Source: Saccostrea cucullata (Eukaryota). Taken from it: a stretch of 54,491 bases of DNA. Under the pieces are notes generated by a model, which saw nothing but the letters and a program-made list of their open reading frames with translations, did no database searches and was not told the DNA's origin. The DNA lies in NCBI RefSeq assembly GCF_032062105.1, contig NW_026933053.1:1-54491 (forward strand), in the 5' to 3' direction. Made by a program: the position numbers and the translations under genes. Positions 36,843 through 50,600 of this stretch are shown in pieces; the first letter of the stretch is position 1, and each line of letters begins with the position of its first letter.

Positions 36843-37329
36843 ATAACACAATGTGTGTTTATTCATTCAGTGCCTATACCTGACAAAAGTATCAAAATAT
36901 GCTAAAAACTAGGAAATATTTACATCTTCCTTTCGCGATCAAGAACTTTCGCCATGGATTTGTTTATCTTCTTAAAGGTTTTGGCAATGAAAAGGATAAG
37001 TTAATAGTTGGATATTGTTTATGACTGTTGAAAGCTTTTTTGGAAAACTTGTATAAATTTTTCTTGGTTCTAAATCTACTTTTTAGAATAGATAATTTCT
37101 TGTAGAATGTGGTAATGTGGTCCTAAAATGAATGTATTCATCCGCTGTCTGCAGACAGAGAGATGATTTAATCAAATATTAAAATATGATTAAAACATGC
37201 AGAAATTCATTGTTAAGAGGCTATAGATAAGAAATTAAACCAAAATAAATTTAATATTAAAGTATAGAAGTAGAAAAGATTATACATTGCAGAATGATGG
37301 AGTACGTCTATTCTAGTTCAATCGTTAAA

Positions 37330-39760
37330 CTAATGTGCGCGGTCCGTGACATGCGCAGTGTGATGTTTGTGACGACACACAGTGACGGGTACTTCAGAAT
37401 GGTGTACTACGTAATCACTAACGCTGCCCAGAAGAGTTCTACGCACTGTTCCCAGACCTCGGCTACCGATGATTATATTGTTGGCCTGTGCTTCATTAGC
37501 GAGACGTATAATGACTTCGCCAGGTTTTCCAAATGATGTTTTCACACATCCTTGTATCTAAATATTAAATAAATAGAGACAGAAAATGACAGAGAAAAAT
37601 CCATAATACTTAAATAGAAAAAAAACCTGGCTATTCAGAAAAGTGCGTCCTCTATTTTGTCTTCCTTTTTAAATTAACGATGAGAATTAAATATTCAATA
37701 ATTCCTTATAATTTGATTTTGCTATTAATACCAATTCATATTATTTAATCATTGAATCATACATCATGTTTATGAAGAAACAATCATCTGTTTTGACAAT
37801 ATGATGATAAAGTACCCCCCAGAGTATAATATATTCACCGAGTCTGAAGGGCGAGTCAAATATTGTGCATTTAACGCATCTCGACTAAAACCAGCTCCTT
37901 AACTCTTTAATGATATTTTACGTATTATACATTCTATATACAAGATTAGTACATTATATTTGATACGTGTATATACCTACCCCGTTTGACTTTAATTTCT
38001 TTTCCAATTCTATCCGTAACTTCTTCTGTGATTCTTCCTCCTGTGACATGATGTTACAGACCGACTCTATGTCTGCTGTGCCCATCGCTGTAGAAAAAAT
38101 ATATATTAATAACTCGGTTATAACGAAGTCACTGGGACCTATGAAATTACTATATCCGTAATTTGTTATATTCGTATAAGGAATTCATTAAATTTATATA
38201 GATGGGGATCCAAGATAACTTCGCTATATCCGTGAATTCGCAATATCCGTGTTCGTACTAAACGAGTATTCTGTAGAATCTCTTTAAGCAGTGAACCAAA
38301 GGTCCTAGAGTGCTAGTTGTTAATACATGTCCCCGTGGAAAGCATGATTCCTCCTTTAAGCAGTGAAGAAGAGGTCCTAGAGATTTTTATTTATTAAAAC
38401 ATGTATACATGATTACCCCCGTGGAAAGCCTGGTGCCTCTCTAAGCAGTGAACCAGTACGACATTATCACTAGTCCGTCTGAACTGCTCCAGGTACCCTG
38501 TAAGTATGAATGAAATAAAAATGTAATGGTCGCCAGACAAAATTCTTTTTTGTTTGAAGCTTGAATTATAATTATGGAAAGTGCATTCCCAAGCATTTGA
38601 ATTTCAAAGTGACAAAGTTTAGGGTTTTTTTAGCTCTACTGGTCAGAGACCAGAAGAGCTTATGCGATTGTAATATGTCCATCCGTCTGTCTAGCTGTAG
38701 ACTAGACTAAGATACATAATTCTTTGTATAGGTTTTTAATTTCGATGAACGGTGTTGCAGTGATTACTAAAAACAGAAATTTCTGTGAAATACTTTTAAA
38801 ATTTAATGCTACTCCTCCTACACTTTTGGTCGGATTTAATATAACTTGACACACAAGTAAACTACACTAAGATACATAATTCTATGTATGGGTTATTGAT
38901 TTCGATGAACGGTCTTGCCTTGGTTACTAAAAAAAGAAATTTCTGTGAAATGCATTTAAAATGCTACTCCTCTGACAGTTTTGGTCTGATTTTCAATATA
39001 ACTTGGCACACAAATAGACAACACTAAGATACATAATTCTGTTTATCGGTTTTTGATTTCAATGAACGGTGTTTCCATGGTTACTAAAAATAGAAATTTC
39101 TGTGAAATACTTTCAAAATGCTATTCCTCCTACAGTTTTGGTCTGATTTCAGTATAACTTGGCACACAAGTAGACTACACTAAGATACATAATTCTGTTT
39201 ATTTGTTTCTGATTTCCCTGAACAGTGTTGCTGTGGTTACTAAAAATAGAAATTTCTGTGAAATTCTTTCAAAATGCTACCACAATTACAGTTTTAGTCT
39301 GAATATACTATAATTCATCATGCAAGTAAACTACTTTGAGATACATAATTATCAGTTTTTTTGTTCTTGATTTTGCTGATTGATGTTGCTAACCCTTGGT
39401 AACTAAAATTGAAAATTCTGTGAAATTTTATGAAGAGCCACTCCACATTTGAAGTCTTATTTCAATCTTGTAAAAAGAGACTTCATCAAGTATCATTATT
39501 CTATTTATTGCTTTTTTAAATGTTTTTAAAAGTCCCAACTGCTACTTTTCTTTTATTTTAATTACAAACCAGTAGACCTACAGTCTCAACAGAGACTTCT
39601 GTTTTTTTTTCTGGAGGATTTCAAAATGAAGAGGAAGAATGCATTTAAGGGATATTTCAAGGATTGGAAGAGAACTTCCTGTAAAAAGTCACATTTAAAA
39701 TTCAATGTTTATTTATGATTATTAACTATTTTGTACCTCATATATGACTAATTTTTAAAA

Positions 39761-39791
<31 letters not shown>

Positions 39792-40219
39792 CTTTATTAT
39801 TTGGATATTTTTAATTAACCTAAAAGAAATTGGCTAAAACAGTTGCATTCGGATCATGATCTACAGGGACCAAATAATATAAGAGGAATTCCAAATGGAT
39901 ACGATTTATTTGTTTAATTTTCTCATCCAAGACTCGCTTCCTTCGATTACTAGATTAAAACAGACGAAAACGAATAAATAGAAAAATACTCAGTAAAGTT
40001 TTTGACAAAATATTTATGGAGTTCGAATGGCGGGTGAACTCTTGGGTGCAATGTATAGATTGATCAATTTTCAGAGCTACGTTAAGAAAAAGAAAACAAT
40101 ACTTGTGTATAGAATAAAAACCGGGTGATAATATACATACACTGAAATGCAATATCGGAATGGCTGCTTCCGTCCACGGCTATCACCACGTTACGGGCTG
40201 GACCATTCTTAGACTCCAT
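37330..40219 (-). CDS. Universal stress protein (UspA-domain) paralogue 1, complete, 4 exons
   Basis: Exons 40219-40141, 38497-38417, 38087-37981, 37557-37330. N-terminal VVIAVDGSSHSDIAFQWY; ATP-binding motif GSRGLGTVRRTLLGSVSDYVVHH. Confidence 0.93.
38280..38460 (-). repeat. Decayed duplications of the USP1 exon 2 end
   Basis: Exon CCCGTGGAAAGCCTGGTGCCTCTCTAAGCAGTGAACCA versus CCCGTGGAAAGCATGATTCCTCCTTTAAGCAGTGAA (~38332) and CTCTTTAAGCAGTGAACCA (~38282). Confidence 0.8.
38626..39603 (+). mobile_element. Helentron/HINE with ~157-bp internal tandem repeats
   Basis: 5' TTAGCTCTACTGGTC..GACCAGAAGAGC hairpin, short GTCC/GTCT tract, five units containing AAGATACATAATT-like cores, 3' CCAGTAGA..AGTCTC..GAGACTTCTGTT. 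Confidence 0.8.
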
Positions 40220-40598
40220 ACTGGATTACACAGTTTTCTCAGGGTTTTGGGGTGGTTTTTTTTTTTTTTTTTTTTTGAGCGACGAGGTCACCCCTGGTCA
40301 CTTACAACACGACCCAGGATCTTTATCTGGTCACTGTGTTTACACGTGATAAAACAATGACCCACAATCAGTTACGTCTGTAGACAATATATATATATAA
40401 TAAATAATTGCTTTAATTGTACAAAAACATTAAAGATGACATGTTATTGGGGAAATTAGGAAAGAAAGTCAATTGACCCACTCTCTTCAACTTCCCACCC
40501 ATTTGTTACATTATTTTGAAATTTTAGATCTAAAGTTTAAACTTATCTGTAACTATAGATAAGTTTAAAGTTAAGAATTAAACTTTTAACGTAGCACA

Positions 40599-41327
40599 AG
40601 GAGATGGGTGAGCATGACGAGAGATAAGGCCATAGTGCAACAAACATGAAGGTGAAAAATTAAATCTCAATTCTATCAAAATTTTCCTTAATATTTCATT
40701 TAACATTAAAGTATACTTTATGTAAAATCTCTACAACTTGCACAATCTCATGAAAATTGAAGTTATTTGCCAATGAAATATTATACACACACGAAAGAGG
40801 ACAAAACAAGTCATTTTTTCACACTATAACACTATTTTTCGTTATGAGTGGGTCTTCTCTCCATTTTTTTGAAAGGTAATCCTCAAAGTTTGCATAAAAA
40901 CATACATATTTTGGTTTCCAAAATTATGGAGCAATGACCCACTATACCTAAAAAGTATATGTTTATGACATAACTTTCGTATCTTTTCGAGAAATACTTG
41001 AAGTCCCTTAAGTCAATGGTCATACATGATTTAAATGCCACACTACATCAGGACTTATGTAGCGTAGTGGTTAGCGTGCTAGTCTCAATAGAGAATGCAA
41101 CTCAGGATTTTTATTGCCAGGGTTCGAACCCAATGGATACCACTTTATTTTTCTTAATAAAAGAATAAATTTTAACGAAAAATTTTCCTCGAAACTTTTT
41201 GTTTATCATGATTTTACAAAAATCAATGATTAGAACTTTACTCTAAATACTAAAATCACAATTTGAATATGATTTTTATATACCTGAAGCTTGTGGGTTT
41301 TTTGCACGCTAAGTTCACCCATCTCCT
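40599..41327. mobile_element. Kolobok-like non-autonomous element carrying a tRNA-like segment
   Basis: TIRs AGGAGATGGGTGA and TCACCCATCTCCT; internal A box TAGCGTAGTGG (~41060) and B box GGTTCGAACCC (~41121). Confidence 0.65.
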
Positions 41328-41339
41328 TTAGGCGCCTTA

Positions 41340-41920
41340 CCTTGCTGACAGAATATGACTGACTCCTAAAATGGGACAAAGATAACACGAGTGATCAATG
41401 AAAGAATACACAAACCATACAATTTGTGAACGGAGCACAAAAAATGGATCCCAAGAAATTTTACAGGAAGGATCAGGAGCTAAGACGGAGAAAGCATCCC
41501 CTTTTGACCGGAGATATCCGCCATAAACTCTCTGTGCTAATCACGTTGGCGGAACATTTCATAGACAAACTTAGTATAAATTAAGATAATTAACAGTTGG
41601 TATGAAACATATTTGCCAAAATTCCATCCAGTTAGTTATATTTGTCATCAATGTCATTATAACGGTCATAGAGTTTACGAAATGCTGACTGTAAAAAATT
41701 GGTTGAAATCCCTGTAATATCAACCTACTTTTCATTAGCCTGTCTTGGATTGAAATTTGGTCGTATTCAGAGCATACTTAAGTCGGAAGATGCTAATACC
41801 ATCTACAAGGTGATAAATAGTGGATTCCTACTACGTAAAATATAAAGAAAGTTGATGACGGAAAAACTATCGGCATCTCGTTTGTCCTTCAGTTTAGTTG
41901 TAAGTTTACCTTTGTCGTGT
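41340..41920 (-). mobile_element. Decayed retroelement fragment (Penelope/DIRS-type RT C-terminus)
   Basis: Minus strand near 41850-41905 reads TTKL.DKRD..SFSVINF, resembling the recalled motif TTKLYDKRDDFSFSIVNF; heavily disrupted. Confidence 0.5.
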
Positions 41921-41923
41921 ATA

Positions 41924-42243
41924 TGAAAGTGGGGTGGCTAATTGAAAGTGAGGTGGCTAATTGAAAGTGAGGTGGCTAATTGAAAGTGAGGTGGCTAATT
42001 TAAAGTGGGGTGGTTCAAACCTAGTATATATTTACAATATTTTAAGTGAAGTTTTTCTATTTTTTGTAAATCCCCATATTTCACATCCATATAACAATAT
42101 TGAAAGTGGGGTGGCTAATTGAAAGTGAGGGAGAGGGGCTAAAAAGGTTAACCTCAATTTTCAATGCCTATATTATGTCTATCTTTGCAAAATAGGGGGC
42201 TAACTCCCTTCTAGCCCTAGCCCCCTGGTTCCGACGCCTATGA
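41924..42243. repeat. 19-bp GAAAGTGAGGTGGCTAATT repeats within a short element ending GGTTCCGACGCCTATG
   Basis: About six copies are visible. Confidence 0.6.
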
Positions 42244-42872
42244 CCTTTTTGACAATACCGGGGTATACTGCACCCACCAAGAGTGGGGTGGGGGGTGATT
42301 CTATGATAATTTTCTATTGTACAAAATAACCCCCCCCCAATGCTTCATGTCTGATTTCCTGTACTCGCAATGTGTTACCCAAAGATATGAGAATAATTAT
42401 CATACATATGTATCTACAGTAATTTGTTTTTGACGATTACTTTTAAATATTGTTCCAATAGTTTTTGTAGTACATACCGGGTAATTTATACTAGTAGGTA
42501 AGAAAAGATGTCGACTTTAAACTCGTGTTACAATATGACCCTACCCTTTATTTATTTTTTACAGTGCTAGTGTTCTTATATTTGTATTGTTTTTCCACAT
42601 GTATACATTGTTTTGGGTCTCACAACATGGATGTATACAGATTTACCGATACAGCGCGCCTCTTTTTTATGTATTTAAATCGCCGTTTGACCGACTTATT
42701 TGGAAGTTTGTTGAGCGTTAAATCGATATTGTCTAATTAGATATTAACAGGGATGCATTGTATTTCAAAAAACACGTTTATAAAAATTCAATCAGGCATG
42801 TATAAACTTAAAGATTAAAGCTTGTTTTGAGCTGAATTTGGTAGTAATAGTAGCATACCGCATTTAATGAAA

Positions 42873-45800
42873 ATGGGACAACGTCATAGTAAATTGGCTC
42901 CGAAAACTTTAGCCGAGCTGAGAGATCAGACGAACTTCACTGTGGAGGAACTTAATGAGTGGTATAAAGAATTCAGAAGTAGCTGGCCGAAAGGAGCCCT
43001 GACAGTGGACGAGTTTAAGAAGGCCTACTCCACTTTCTTCCCGCTAGGGGACGCCTCGGAGTTCGCCAAACACGTGTTCCGGGTTTTTGATCAGAATGAT
43101 GATGGTTTGCTGGACTTCCGGGAATTCGTCTGCGGGTTTAGTGTCGTCCTGAGAGGAAGTGTTGACGACAAACTGTCCTTCAGTTTCCAAATCTACGACA
43201 TTAACGGCAACGGATTTATCACCAGAGACGAAATGAAGGAGGTGCTTTCTGTACGTATAAAGATTTAGCTAAAATTTGAACTTCGTTGCATCTTGGTCTT
43301 TGCAGCATATTTGAAATTTTACCGCGAGATAGTAGATCATGCATGCAGTTGTATCGTGGGCCTTTTATTACGCTTTAAAGTTTTTTTTTTGTACTTTAGT
43401 TCATAAATTATAAATTTTCACGACATTAACTTTATAATTAACAATGTAAACATCTAAATCCTTCAAGAAAGAATAGGGGCACGCGAATAAGCCGAAAATA
43501 TCAATGCTGAAAATACGTCAATGAATAAAAGAGAGCAAACCATTCAATTAGAAATACTTAGAAATCAACGAAATACTTCATTTATTATTGAAACAATATG
43601 CTACAGTTTCAGTAGCCTTGAAAGTATTTACTAATAGAATAGCATGTGCCCAATGAAATTTCTCTGTAATTTAGGCGATATACAAGATGGAGAGCGCGCT
43701 GTCACCTGACGTGTGTGTAGTATTATAATAGTAAATCTACCTTTCTCTGTAATTTAGGCGCGCTGTCATCTGACGTGTATCTAGTTTTATAATAGTAAAT
43801 CTACCTTTCTCTGTAATTTAGGCGCGCTGTCAGCTGACCTGTATGTAGTATTATAATAGTAAATCTACCTTTCTCTTGAATTTAGGCGCGCTGTCACCTG
43901 ACGTGTTTCTAGTATTATAATTGTTAATCTACCTTTCTCTGTAATTTAGGCGCGCTGTAACCTGACGAATTTCTAGTATTATAATTGTAAATCTACCTTT
44001 CTCTGTAATTTAGGCGCGCTGTAACCTGACTTATTTCTAGTATTATAATTGCAAATGTACCTTTCTCTGTAATTCAGGCGCACTGTCAGCTGAGGTGTAT
44101 GTAGTATTATAATAGTAAATCTACCTTTCTCTGTAATTTACGCGCACTGTCAGCTGACGTGTATGTAGTATTATAATAGTAAATCTACCTTTCTCTGTAA
44201 TTTAGGCGCACTGTCAGCTGACGTGTATGTAGTATTATAATAGTAAATCTACCTTTCTCTGTAATTTAGGCGTACTGTCAGCTGACGTGTATGTAGTATT
44301 ATAATAGTAAATCTACCTTTCTCTGTAATTTAGGCGCGCTGTCACCTGACGTGTATGTAGCATTATAATAGTAAATCTACCTTTCTCTGTAATTTAGGCG
44401 CGCTGTCACCTGACGTGTTTCTAGTATTATGATAGTAAATCTGCCTTTCTCTGTTTGATGCGCGCTGTCACCTGACGTGTATCTAGTATTATAATAATAA
44501 ATCTACCTTTCTCTGTAATTTAGGCGCACTGTCAGCTGATGTGTATGTAGTATTATAATAGTAAATCTACCTTTCTCTGTAATTTAGGCGCACTGTCAGC
44601 TGACGTGTATGTAGTATTATAATAGTAAATCTACCTTTCTCTGTAATTTAAGCGCGCTGTAACCTGACGTGTATGTAGTATTATAATAGTAAATCTGCCT
44701 TTCTCTGTAATTTAGGAGCGCTGTCACCTGACGTGTTTCTAGTTTTATTGTAGTAAATCTACCTTTCTCTGTAATTTAGGCGAGCTAGCTATCAGCTAAC
44801 GTGTATCTAGTATTATAATAGTAAATCTGCCTTTCTCTGTAATTTAGGCGCGCTGTCACCTGACGTGTTTCTAGTTTTATTATAGTAAATCTACCTTTCT
44901 CTGCAATTTAGGCGAGCTAGCTGTCAGCTAACGTGTATCTAGTATTATAATAGTAAATCTGCCTTTCTCTGTAATTTAGGCGCGCTGTCACCTGACGTGT
45001 TTCTAGTTTTATTATAATAAATCTACCTTTCTCTGTAATTTAGGCGAGTTAGCTGTCAGCTAACGTGTATCTAGTATTATAATAGTAAATCTACCTTTCT
45101 GTGTTATTTAGGCGCGCTGTCACCTAACGTATTTCTAGTATTGTAATCGTAAATCTACCTTTCTCTGTAATTTAGGAGCGCTGTCACCTGACGTGTTTCT
45201 AGTTTTATTATAGTAAATCTACCTTTCTCTGTAATTTAGGCGAGCTAGCTGTCAGCTAACGTGTATCTAGTATTATAATAGTAAATCTACTTTTCTTTTT
45301 TATTTAGGCGCGCTGTCACCTAACGTATTTCTAGTATTATAATCGTAAATCTACCTTTCTCTGTAATTTAGGCGCGCTGTAACCTGACGTATTTCTAGTA
45401 TTATAATTGTAAATCTACCTTTCTCTGTGATTTAGGCGCGCTGTAACCTGACGTATTTCTAGTATTATAATTGTAAATCTACCTTTCTCTGTAATTTAGG
45501 CGTGCTGTCACCTGACGTGTATCTAGTATTATAATAGTAAATCTACCTTTCTCTGTAATTTAGGCGCACTGTCAGCTGACGTGTATCTAAAATTATAATA
45601 GTAAGTCTACCTTTCTCTGTAATTCAGGCGTGCTGTAACCTGACGTATTTCTAGTATTATGATTGTAAATCTACCTTTCTCTGTAATTTAGGCGCGCTGT
45701 CATCTGACGTGTATCTAGTTTTATAATAGTAAATCTACCTTTCTCTGTAATTTAGGCGCGCTGTCATCTGACCTGTATCTAGTATTATAATAGTAAATCT

Positions 45801-46655
45801 ACCTTTCTCTTGAATTTAGGCGCGCTGTCACCTGACGTGTTTCTAGTATTATGATTGTTAATCTACCTTTCTTCGTAATTTAGGCGCGCTGTAATTTAGG
45901 CGCGCTGTAACCTGACGAATTTCTAGTATTATAATTGTAAATCTACCTTTCTCTGTAATTCAGGCGCACTGTCAGCTGAGGTGTGTGTAGTATTATAATA
46001 GTAAATCTACATTTCTCTGTAATTTACGCGCACTGTCAGCTAACGTGTATGTAGTATTATAATAGTAAATCTACCTTTCTCTGTAATTTAGGCGCACTGT
46101 CAGCTGACGTGTATGTAGTATTATAATAGTAAATCTACCTTTCTCTGTAATTTAGGCGTACTGTCAGCTGACGTGTATGTAGTATTATAATAGTAAATCT
46201 ACCTTTCTCTGTAATTTAGGCGCGCTGTCAGCTGACGTGTATGTAGCATTATAATAGTAAATCTACCTTTCTCTGTAATTTAGGCGCGCTGTCACCTGAC
46301 GTGTTTCTAGCATTATAATAGTAAATCTGCCTTTCTGTGTAATTCAGGCGCGCTGTCAGCTGACGTGTATGTAGTATTATAATAGTAAATCTACCTTTCT
46401 CTGTAATTTAGGCGCGCTGTCAGCTGACGTGTTTCTAGTATTATAATAGTAAATCTGCCTTTCTCTGTAATTTAGGCGATGTACAAGGTGGAATGCGCGC
46501 TGTCAGCTGACCCCACGAGAGACGACCCGGAAGAGAGAACCGACGCCATCTTTAATCAGATGGACATTAATTGTGATGACAACTTGTCCCTGGAAGAATT
46601 CGTACAGGGGATCAAAAAGGACCCCCACATCCTTAAAATACTGGAAATCCAGTGA
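42873..46655 (+). CDS. Neuronal calcium sensor family protein (neurocalcin/hippocalcin-like), 2 exons, about 185 aa
   Basis: Exons 42873-43250 and 46476-46655. MGQRHSKL myristoylation motif; EF-hand loops DQNDDGLLDFREF, DINGNGFITRDEM, DINCDDNLSLEEF; family motifs FFPLGDASEFAKHVFRVFD and KKDPHIL. Confidence 0.93.
43658..46512 (+). repeat. 64-bp minisatellite made of the NCS 3' splice site plus exon start (about 43 acceptors)
   Basis: Unit TTTCTCTGTAATTTAG|GCGCGCTGTCA(C/G)CTGACGTGTATGTAGTATTATAATAGTAAATCTACC; the last copy is the true acceptor at 46475. Confidence 0.97.
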
Positions 46656-47674
46656 CACGAGATGAAAACGGCTAATTGTTTGCTTTGTGAACTTTAATGC
46701 CAATTAATAAACTGATTTAGGACACTAAAGAGTGTAAAGAGCTCGTGTTCAATGTATTGAAATGTCTCGATATATACATATTTATGTGTAACTGGCTGGT
46801 TGTACATGCATCAATCAATTATTTATTCCATTGCATTTAAAACTGTTTTCGAATAATACTAATCAATACATGTACATTTAAATATCTACACATCTTTTAG
46901 TTAATTGATACGTCAGTGTTTAATATATATTCTTTGTATTTTTTGATTTTTTACTCTTATTAAACTGAAGAAAAAGAAAAATTCAAATGACTGCTGTTTT
47001 ACCAACAATTAAAATTCAATAAATATCCACTGTTTAATACCTCAATGTTTTACACTGTTTTTATATAGAACTCCACTTAATTGTACTTCATCACGCTAAC
47101 GCACAAACCACCGTGACGTCACTGCACTTAACTTTGGGGTATCATAAAATATCAAATGAGTCATATCCACGGGATAAACATGGGATAAATAATTAATAAA
47201 TATCATAAAATTTATTGAATATATATATATATATATATATATTCCTTTAAAACTTCAAAGACTAGGGGAAGTAGAAAACAGAAATGTTAAACACTGTGTA
47301 ATTGTCCCTTTTTATCTCAAGCCATTATTGACTACATTTTCACTTTTTCTTTGTACATTGTTCTAATTTCATATAAAACACACAAATTGTAAGCAAAGTC
47401 AACTTGATACAGTCATGTACATTTCACATAGATCGACGGTTATTGCTTTATTTTGACATTGATACAAATATCTTTAAGTTACTAGTTACATGATAGAGCT
47501 TCAAAATTGACTTACTTCAAGTCCCATTAATATACATTACAATACTAAATAAACAATATTTTAGCTTTGAAATAGACTCACTTCAAGAATATTAATGAAA
47601 CACGCCGCCACCTCTACACAAGGTAAAGCTATAATTAGTAACTAGCATCACATGGTTTGTAATCTGTTTTTTTT

Positions 47675-50600
47675 TCACTTCCGGTCCCCTAGAATCTCGT
47701 GCACGTGACTCGGGTGGCGACACACGACGACGGGTACGTGGGCATGGTGGACAAGATAATCACTGACAGTTCCGATCAGGGTCCGCCGGACCTTGCCCAT
47801 CCCACGACAGCCGCAGATGATGACGTCAGCATTCTCTCGCTCCGCAGTGGACACCACGAATTCACCTGGTTTACCTACCCCTGTTTTAACTGAGCCGGTT
47901 AACTGAAAAAAGAATTTTAAAAATCAGTTAATAATTCTAATCTTTATTGTGAAAATAAGGCGTCGTAAAAATTGTGACATTCAATTTCAACATACACCAT
48001 TATATGATCAGACTCTGTATTTCTTTGTTGTGATATAATTCTTGTTGAATATCACTGTGCGTCTTTTAAAATGATCACTACTATCTACTACAGTGCTAGA
48101 ACAACATTTTCAGTTTTGTTGTGTGATAATGGATGTAGGTATCAATGTAATCATTATCTTTTGATCCTAGTGTACCTTATTCTGTGAATATGTATTAAAA
48201 TTTACACACAGTATAATTAAGTTATAATGTATACTGTATTCTGTGTATACCTTATTCTGTGTGTACCTTATTTTGTGTATACCTTATTCTGTGTGTACCT
48301 TATTCTGTGTGTACCTTATTCTGTGTATACCTTTTTATGTGTATACCTTATTCTGTGTATACAATTAAATTCTTAATTAAAAACTTGGATTGTAACTGTG
48401 TGTATCCTATATTCAGAACACATTTATATACCTTTTAAAATTCTGTGTGTACATTAAAGCATTGTGAAGTTCTGTACAGTACATCAGGAGATTCTGTGTG
48501 TACCTTATTAGACAAAAGCACTGTGTACCATATATCTGTGTGTCACAGCTTTTTTCTGTGTTTATCTCCATATTGGAAAAGGACTGTGTGTACCTTTTAC
48601 TGTGTACCATTATTCTGTGTGTACCGGATTTTGTAAACCTTATTCTGTGTACCCAATATTCTGTGTACCACTTTCAGGCTGTGTGTTCCTACATACTTTA
48701 CATGTGTATAGCTTATTCTGTGTATACCTTATTCTGTATATGTCTTTTAAAATGACCTTATCTACTACAGTGTACAACATTTTCAGTTTTGTTGTGTATG
48801 GATGTATAGGTATCAATGTACATTATCTTTTATTCTGTGTACCTTATTCTGTGTGTACACTTAGTATAACTTATAATGTATACTGTATTCTGTGTATAGC
48901 TTGTTCTGTGTGTACCTTTTTCTGTGTGTACCTTATTCTGTGTGTATACTGTATACCTTATTCTGTGTGTACCTTATTCTGTGTACCTTATTCTGTGTAT
49001 ACCTTATTCTGTGTTTACCTTATTTTGTGTATACCTTATTCTGTGTGTACCTTATTCTGTGTGTACCTTATTCTGTGTATACCTTATTCTGTGTACCTTA
49101 TTCTGTGTATACCTTATTCTGTGTATACCTTATTCTGTGTACCTATATACTGTGTGTATAGCTTGTTCTGTGTATACCTTATTCTGTGTTTACCTTATTT
49201 TGTTTGTACCTTATTCTGTTTGTAACTTTTTTTGCGTACCTTATTCTGTGTATCTTATTCTGTGTTTACCTTATTCTGTGTACCTTATTCTGTGTGTACC
49301 TTATTCTGTGTATACCTTATTCTGTGTATACCTTATTCTGTATGTACCTTATTCTGTGTATACATTATTCTGTGTGTACCTTATTCTTTGTACCATATTC
49401 TTTGTATAGCTTGTTCTGTGTATACCTTTTTCTGTGTGTACCTTATTCTGTGTATACCTTATTCTGTGTGTACCTTATTCTGTGTACCTTATTCTGTGTA
49501 TACCTTATTCTGTGTTTACCTTATTTTGTGTATACCTTATTCTGTGTTTACCTTATTTTGTGTATACCTTATTCTGTGTGTACCTTATTCTGGGTATACC
49601 TTAACTGTGTGTACATTAATTATTCTGTGTATACCTTATTCTGTGTACCTTATTCTGTGTGTACCTTATTCTCGTGTGTACCTTATTCTGTGTACCTATA
49701 TATATTTGTGTGTACCTTATTCTTTGTACCTTATTCTTTGTACTAAATAGCTTGTTCTGTGTATAATTCTGCGTGTCTTAATTTGTGTGTAATTCTGTGT
49801 GTATATTATGCGTACCTTATTTGTGTATCTTATTCTGTGTTTACCTTATTCTGTGTACCTTATTCTGTGTGTACCTTATTCTGTGTATACCTTATTCTGT
49901 GTATACCTTATTCTGTGTGTACCTTATTCTGTGTATAGCTTATTCTGTGTTTATCCTGCAACTACCCCTTGCATTGACCTAATAAAGGTAACCTAATAAA
50001 CCAACTACTGCCCTATAAAGTCTCGTGCATGTATTCAGACGTTCTAAAAGCATTGTGACGTCATGTATATTGCAATGTTTACGCCATGGCGTCACAAATT
50101 TTGCAGAGTTGTGCATAATTTGTCGGAAATAGCTAGTTTTACGTTCAAATGTAAATGTGCAGGATAAACATACAGTGACTGTCTAAGAAATACAAGCGAT
50201 ATTTTCTACACGCGGATTCAACAGAAATTGAGATTCCGCCCTATATCACGTTTTCTTACCCTCGCCCAAATATCGCTTATAAAGACAGTAACCACAGTAT
50301 TTAATATATACCTTATTCTGTGTGTACCTTATTCTGTGTGAACCTTAATCTGTATGTACCTTATTCTATGTATATATACTTTATTCTATATGTACCCTAA
50401 TCTGTATGTACCTTATTCTGTGTATACCTTATTCTGTGTATACTTTATTCTGTGTGTACCCTAATCTGTATGTACCTTATTCTGTGTGTACCTTAATCTG
50501 TGTATACCTTATTCTGTGTACCTTATTCTGTGTATACCTTATTCTGTGTATACCTTATTCTGTGTGTACTGTATTATTCTGTGTACCTTATTCTGTGTAT

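Noticed and set aside
41050-41142. Functional tRNA gene
   Set aside because: No convincing acceptor or anticodon stem, and it lies within a transposon.
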